From: Bacteroidales bacterium
GTDB taxonomy: Bacteria > Bacteroidota > Bacteroidia > Bacteroidales > BM520
Reading direction: 5' to 3'
NCBI GenBank assembly: GCA_028701815.1
Contig: JAQVPY010000002.1
Span: 1 to 30,338 of the forward strand
Length of the DNA: 30,338 nt
The position numbers and the translations under genes were made by a program. The notes below the pieces were generated by a model. It made no database searches. It saw only the letters and a program-made list of their open reading frames with translations, and was not told the DNA's origin. Below, piece by piece: positions 25,612 through 30,338 of this stretch; position 1 is the stretch's first letter, and each line of letters starts with the position of its first letter.

Positions 25612-27618
25612 ATGAACGAGAACGATCTTTCACCTGTAGTGAACCAAGAAGAAAAAACTGAAATGGAACAAGTTTCAGTAGAACAAACGAATGTTGAAGA
25701 GAAACAAAGTGAGGCGACTGTGACGCCGGAACCTGAAAAACAGCCGGAAATGGAGCCGGAGACAGTGCCGACGGCCGAGCCCGAAAAACCTGCAGACACA
25801 CCTGAGGATGCCTCGAAAGAGACCTCGGAAGATACTCTGCATCCGGAAGATACTTTTGAACTCGCCTCTGAATTCGAACTCGCTGATATAGAAGACAATA
25901 CCGAAGAAGAGGAAGACGAACCGTCTGAAAAAGATTATTCCAACCTCTCTCGTGAAGAATTGATAGAAAAACTTTCTGATCTCCTGCAAAATGAAGATGT
26001 CGACGCAATTAAAGCCGACGTCGCTGCCGTCAAAGTCGCCTTCCACGAAAAGACAAAACAGGAATACGAAAATACGTATTCTACTAAAATCGAGGACAAC
26101 GATGAAAATGAGGCCGAACAAGTACCCGAAGACCTCCTCGAACAAAGATTCAACGAAGTCTTTAATATTTATAAGGAGAGAAGAGGAAAATACCTCGAAG
26201 CCCTCGAAGAACAAAAGAAAGATAATTTAGCTGAAAAAGATAAAATTCTCGAAGAACTTAAAACACTTATCTCCTCCGAAGAACCTCTGAAAGCTATTTA
26301 CGATAAGTTTAAAGAACTGCAGGATAAATGGAAAGAGATAGGCGCAGTGCCTAAAGCCGATGTCAATAACCTGTGGCAGAATTATCACTTCCTCGTAGAA
26401 AAATTCTTCGATAAAGTGAAAATTAACAGGGAACTTAGAGACCTCGATATAAAGAAAAATCTTGAGTCTAAAATCAGCCTCTGCGAAAAAGCGGAAGAAC
26501 TTATCCTCGAGAAATCAATCATGAAGTCTTTTAAAAAACTCCAGGAATATCACCAGGAATGGAAAGAGATAGGTCCCGTGCCCGCAGATAAGAGAGATGA
26601 ACTCTGGAACAGATTTAAAACTGCTACCGATAAAATTAACACCCGCAGAAAAGAACACTATTTCCAGATTAAAGACCAACAGGAAACCAATTACGCCGCT
26701 AAAGTGGTAATAGTGGAAGAGGCCGAACGCCTCTCGGAAATTACTCCTACATCCCTTAAAGCATGGCAAAATGTTGGCGACCAACTGAATGAACTCCTCA
26801 AAACATGGAAAACTATCGGTCCCGCAGCTAAAGACCAAAATGATAAGATCTGGACTAAGTTTAAAGCTATCTTGGACGGATTCTACGCCGCTAAAAAAGA
26901 GTTTTTCGTTCAACTGAAAGACCAACAGTTTAATAATTATAATCTGAAACTTGACCTCTGTACTCAGGCAGAAGCCGTTAAAGACAGTAACGCATGGGGC
27001 GAAACAACACAAATTCTTATTAATCTGCAAAAAGAATGGAAGAAGATAGGACCCGCTCCTAAAAAACTCTCGGATAAGATATGGAAACGCTTCAGAGGCG
27101 CTTGCGATGAGTTCTTTACAAGAAAAGAAAATCATTTTTCTAACGTGAATCAGGAAAATGGAGAAAACCTCGCTAAAAAACAAGCTATTATCGAGAAAAT
27201 TAATGCGCTCGAAATAGGTGATGACGGTCAGGCTGCCCTCGAAGAACTGAAAAAACTACAGAGAGAATGGATGGAAGTAGGCTTCGTCTCGAGAAAAGAA
27301 AAAGACGCTGTGCAAGCAGCTTATAGACAGGCCGTAAACGCTAAGTTCGACGCGCTGAAAGATAAAGGCGTGGAAGTGCGCGAACCTAATTTTAGAAATA
27401 ATAATAGGGGAGGTAAAGCTAATAGTGAAGGACATTCCCTTAAAGATAAGATTAAAACGATGAAAGAAGAAGTCACCCGCCTCGAAAATAATATCGGATT
27501 CTTCTCCAATTCTAAAAATGCCGATCTCCTGAAAGCTGAATTTGAAAAGAAAATCCAGGCCGCAAAACAGGAAATCGCTCTCTTGGAAGCTCAACTAAAA
27601 GGCCAAAATGAAGAATAA
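25612..27618 (+). CDS. DUF349 repeat (helical/coiled-coil) protein with an acidic low-complexity N-terminus
   Basis: Five helical units with a W..IG...(K)....W..F core: WKEIGAVP, WKEIGPVP, WKTIGPAA, WKKIGPAP and WMEVGFVS. The first ~100 aa are E/P/T/D-rich. Confidence 0.85.
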   Translation: MNENDLSPVVNQEEKTEMEQVSVEQTNVEEKQSEATVTPEPEKQPEMEPETVPTAEPEKPADTPEDASKETSEDTLHPEDTFELASEFELADIEDNTEEEEDEPSEKDYSNLSREELIEKLSDLLQNEDVDAIKADVAAVKVAFHEKTKQEYENTYSTKIEDNDENEAEQVPEDLLEQRFNEVFNIYKERRGKYLEALEEQKKDNLAEKDKILEELKTLISSEEPLKAIYDKFKELQDKWKEIGAVPKADVNNLWQNYHFLVEKFFDKVKINRELRDLDIKKNLESKISLCEKAEELILEKSIMKSFKKLQEYHQEWKEIGPVPADKRDELWNRFKTATDKINTRRKEHYFQIKDQQETNYAAKVVIVEEAERLSEITPTSLKAWQNVGDQLNELLKTWKTIGPAAKDQNDKIWTKFKAILDGFYAAKKEFFVQLKDQQFNNYNLKLDLCTQAEAVKDSNAWGETTQILINLQKEWKKIGPAPKKLSDKIWKRFRGACDEFFTRKENHFSNVNQENGENLAKKQAIIEKINALEIGDDGQAALEELKKLQREWMEVGFVSRKEKDAVQAAYRQAVNAKFDALKDKGVEVREPNFRNNNRGGKANSEGHSLKDKIKTMKEEVTRLENNIGFFSNSKNADLLKAEFEKKIQAAKQEIALLEAQLKGQNEE

Positions 27619-29599
27619 TAAGCTGTATATTATCCTGTTGCTTTTAACGACATTGCTTTGTCGTCAGTCTCTCGCCCAAATCTTTGCCGAAGATACCCTA
27701 AGCTTTTGTCGACAAGATAGTGTCATGCTTGATGCAGGCCTCGGATTCTCGTCGTATCTGTGGAATACCGGCGAAACGACACAAACTATCTGGGCGAAAC
27801 GCTCCGGCTGGTTTCGTGTTGCTACTGCGACGGTAATAGACTCAGTGCTCGTCGACCTGAATAGAACTAAAATTCGCCAAAACGATACTATCGTCTGCTA
27901 TAATGCCGACTTTACTCTCGTAATGGATAATACGGAACCCTATTGCCTTACCGGCGACTATCCTTTCGATGACGGCGACTATTCAGATCACTCCGGCTAT
28001 GGTAACGACGGATTTTCTCCTATATCGTTCTCCTCTATCCCTAATAGAAATGGCGAAGAACTTATGGCAATGTATTTTGCTCCATCTTTTATTACCCCGC
28101 CTTCTATGAGCTGTATAAGAATAGTCTATAATCCAGACCAGGATATAACCAACTCTTTTACACTCCATTGCTGGATTAAACCCGATACGGTATATGGTAA
28201 CTTCGCCGGCGATAATGTCTACTACCTCATTAATAAATGGCGCCCACTCGAAAAAGAATATTCACAGTGCAGCTATTGCCTCGCTATTAATAACGAAGGG
28301 AAAATTATCTTTATGTCTTGCGACGGAACCCAAAAGCAGGAATTCGTTGTGGAAAATACCGTTGTGCAGCCAGGCAGATGGACTATGGTAGATGTGGTTT
28401 GCTCACTAAATAAATTGAGCGTCTATCTCGATGCCCAAAGAGTTCTTTTCGAAAATATTTTCGTCTACCCTCAGGTGCTCGAAGATGTGGATGTCTTCCT
28501 CGGCGCTTCCTGTTCGGAAGAGCCGTATCATAATTATCAGGGAGGCTTCGACGACGCGAAAATTTATACCTGCGACCTCGGACAGAACGAAATTAATAAC
28601 CTCTATGAGAATAATGTGACATATAACTACAACTACTTGTGGAGCAACGGCGAAACTACTAAGGATATCGTTGTTAATCCTACCGAGCCGATAGAATATT
28701 CCGTGGTCGTGTCTAATGACGTTAACTCCTGTTCCGATACCGTGTTTTTGGAAGTGTATCCGGAACTCGCCCTGTCAGTTTCTCAGATGAAAATGGGCTG
28801 CCCTAATACCTCCGTCGGAATTCTGATGGCTAACGCCTCCGGCGGTGTCCCTTTTAAAGATGCGGATACCCTGCCGTATGTCTACTCCTGGCCTGCCGGA
28901 TACCCTAATTCGGATAGCCTCCTGTATAGATTGCCCGCCGGGAAATATGAAATCACTATTACTGACTCCGTCGGATGCTCTGTAACCGTGGAAAAAGAAG
29001 TGCTTACATATCCGAAACTCGAAATCGAAATAAGCGCTACCCCCGAGAAAATATATCCGCAAAATCCTGAAGTGGACTTTTCGGCGGAAATATCATGCGA
29101 TTCCTGCTATGTGTACGAATATAAATGGGATTTCGGCGATGGCTATTTCTCGGATGAGGCTACTACTACCCATAATTACGGTATCTTCGATAAGGAAATA
29201 TATGCCGAATTCGTAGTGACCCACTATCAAACCTATGAGGACGGCTGTATTGACTCGGCTTCGATTATACTGCCGGTGGCTGAACCTCAACTAAAAATCC
29301 CTAACGTGTTTAGCCCTAACGGTGATGGTATTAACGATACCTTCGATATTACTATTACAGATGATGAGGAGAGAACCCTTATGGATGTGTTTACTTCTAA
29401 TACCCTCGTAGTATATAATAAACAAGGTAAAAAAGTCTTCTCCCAAAATAATTATACCGGTAGCCCCGGCGAATTCGACGGCGCACACCTGTCTGACGGC
29501 GTGTATTTTTATGTGCTTAAATGTAGCGGCGTAAGAGGAGACGATATATACAAAGGCTATTTGCATATCTTCCGTAATTCTCTGCCCGCTAACAATTAA
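27608..29599 (+). CDS. T9SS cargo with type-B (gliding-motility-associated, CHU_C) C-terminal domain; LamG-like, SprB-like and PKD domains
   Basis: Signal peptide. LamG-like segment FTLHCWIKPD..WTMV..YQGGFDDAKIY. Two YLW.(T/N)GETT motifs. SprB-like unit ASGGVP..YSW..LPAGKYEITITDSVGC. PKD unit YKWDFGDG..THNY. CTD IPNVFSPNGDGINDTF..DGVYFYVL..GYLHIFR at about 29290-29580. Confidence 0.88.
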   Translation: MKNNKLYIILLLLTTLLCRQSLAQIFAEDTLSFCRQDSVMLDAGLGFSSYLWNTGETTQTIWAKRSGWFRVATATVIDSVLVDLNRTKIRQNDTIVCYNADFTLVMDNTEPYCLTGDYPFDDGDYSDHSGYGNDGFSPISFSSIPNRNGEELMAMYFAPSFITPPSMSCIRIVYNPDQDITNSFTLHCWIKPDTVYGNFAGDNVYYLINKWRPLEKEYSQCSYCLAINNEGKIIFMSCDGTQKQEFVVENTVVQPGRWTMVDVVCSLNKLSVYLDAQRVLFENIFVYPQVLEDVDVFLGASCSEEPYHNYQGGFDDAKIYTCDLGQNEINNLYENNVTYNYNYLWSNGETTKDIVVNPTEPIEYSVVVSNDVNSCSDTVFLEVYPELALSVSQMKMGCPNTSVGILMANASGGVPFKDADTLPYVYSWPAGYPNSDSLLYRLPAGKYEITITDSVGCSVTVEKEVLTYPKLEIEISATPEKIYPQNPEVDFSAEISCDSCYVYEYKWDFGDGYFSDEATTTHNYGIFDKEIYAEFVVTHYQTYEDGCIDSASIILPVAEPQLKIPNVFSPNGDGINDTFDITITDDEERTLMDVFTSNTLVVYNKQGKKVFSQNNYTGSPGEFDGAHLSDGVYFYVLKCSGVRGDDIYKGYLHIFRNSLPANN

Positions 29600-29611
29600 T
29601 AATTTGTTATC

Positions 29612-30338
29612 ATGAAGTTTAATCCTGAAAAATGTAGCATCCCGGATGAAAGGATGAAACCGTTTATCGACCCCGATGAATTGTGGAACATCCTGAATAC
29701 TACCGTTAGCACCCCCGAAAAAGTGCACGAAATTATCCAAAAGTCACTCGCTAAAAATCGTCTTACCCTCGAAGAAACAGCAGTGCTTATTAATACTACC
29801 GACCCCAAATTAGTAGAAGAAATTAAAGAGGGCGCAAGAGAACTTAAAAGACGCGTCTATGGTAATAGAATCGTCCTGTTCGCCCCCCTGTATGTCGGAA
29901 ATAGATGTATCAACAACTGCCAATACTGCGGATTTAGAACCTCTAATAAAAACCAGGTAAGAAAAACCCTGGACGAAAAAGAACTTAGAGATTCTGTTGA
30001 AGCCCTCGAAGAAAATGGCCAAAAACGCCTTATCCTCGTCTATGGAGAACACCCCGATTATTCACCGGAACATATCGCTAACGACGTGAGAATTACCTAC
30101 TCCGTGAAAAAAGATAACGGCTCTATCCGCCGCGTTAATATCAACGCTGCTCCCCTCGATATAGAAGGATTTAGAACAGTAAAAGAAGCAGGAATAGGTA
30201 CTTACCAGATATTCCAGGAAACTTATCACCCCGAAGCCTATAAATTGTATCACCCTAAAGGAACAAGAAAAGCCGATTACGAATGGAGACTGACGGCTAT
30301 GGACCGCGCCCAGGAAGCAGGACTTGATGATAACGGCC
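29612..30338 (+). CDS. hydG: [FeFe]-hydrogenase H-cluster radical SAM maturase HydG (5' part; runs off the window)
   Basis: Not in the ORF track because there is no stop in the window. The frame is open from ATG 29612 to the end (242 codons). It reads YGNRIVLFAPLYVGNRCINNCQYCGF (CxxxCxxC at 29906), RLILVYGEHP, IRRVNINAAP, GIGTYQIFQETYH and WRLTAMDRAQEAG. ThiH is the paralogous alternative, but these motifs are HydG-type. Confidence 0.88.
   Translation, partial: MKFNPEKCSIPDERMKPFIDPDELWNILNTTVSTPEKVHEIIQKSLAKNRLTLEETAVLINTTDPKLVEEIKEGARELKRRVYGNRIVLFAPLYVGNRCINNCQYCGFRTSNKNQVRKTLDEKELRDSVEALEENGQKRLILVYGEHPDYSPEHIANDVRITYSVKKDNGSIRRVNINAAPLDIEGFRTVKEAGIGTYQIFQETYHPEAYKLYHPKGTRKADYEWRLTAMDRAQEAGLDDNG

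Noticed and set aside
25612-25930. DNA tandem repeat or CRISPR-like array in the DUF349 5' end
   Set aside because: There are only short imperfect duplications (GGAAGATACT twice, GAACTCGC twice) inside low-complexity acidic coding sequence, with no regular repeat-spacer pattern. I saw no CRISPR array anywhere in the window.

Overview
A gene-dense chromosomal segment, most likely from an anaerobic Bacteroidota (Bacteroidales-like) bacterium. The evidence is several TAnnTTTG -7 promoter boxes, a T9SS translocon, a T9SS cargo and a [FeFe]-hydrogenase maturase. Gene order on the + strand: 3' end of fumC, GH29 fucosidase with an inserted PA14 domain, cobB, recX, ruvA, sprA, a 529-bp AT-rich spacer, an accessory three-gene cassette (small beta-barrel OMP, DUF4249-like lipoprotein, TonB-dependent receptor), gcvH and tonB. 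On the - strand: uvrC and thiL. Then on the + strand again: a TreS-like GH13, two patatin-domain OM proteins, a DUF349 protein, a type-B-CTD T9SS cargo and the 5' part of hydG. The fumC and hydG fragments are missing from the ORF track because the window edges cut them. I found no rRNA, tRNA, CRISPR array, transposase or integrase. Most of the window is housekeeping, and I cannot claim a clearly new system. The best leads are: (1) the cassette between sprA and gcvH, whose first gene is split by one base at an A5 run, with a second candidate small gene split at an A7 run just upstream; (2) a UvrC lacking its C-terminal (HhH)2 domain whose stop codon lies inside the terminator loop; (3) a GH13 that mixes TreS and amylosucrase features; (4) a codon-junction bias (C-ending codons before G, T-ending codons before A) in some genes but not others. 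All family assignments come from motif recognition by eye, not database searches.
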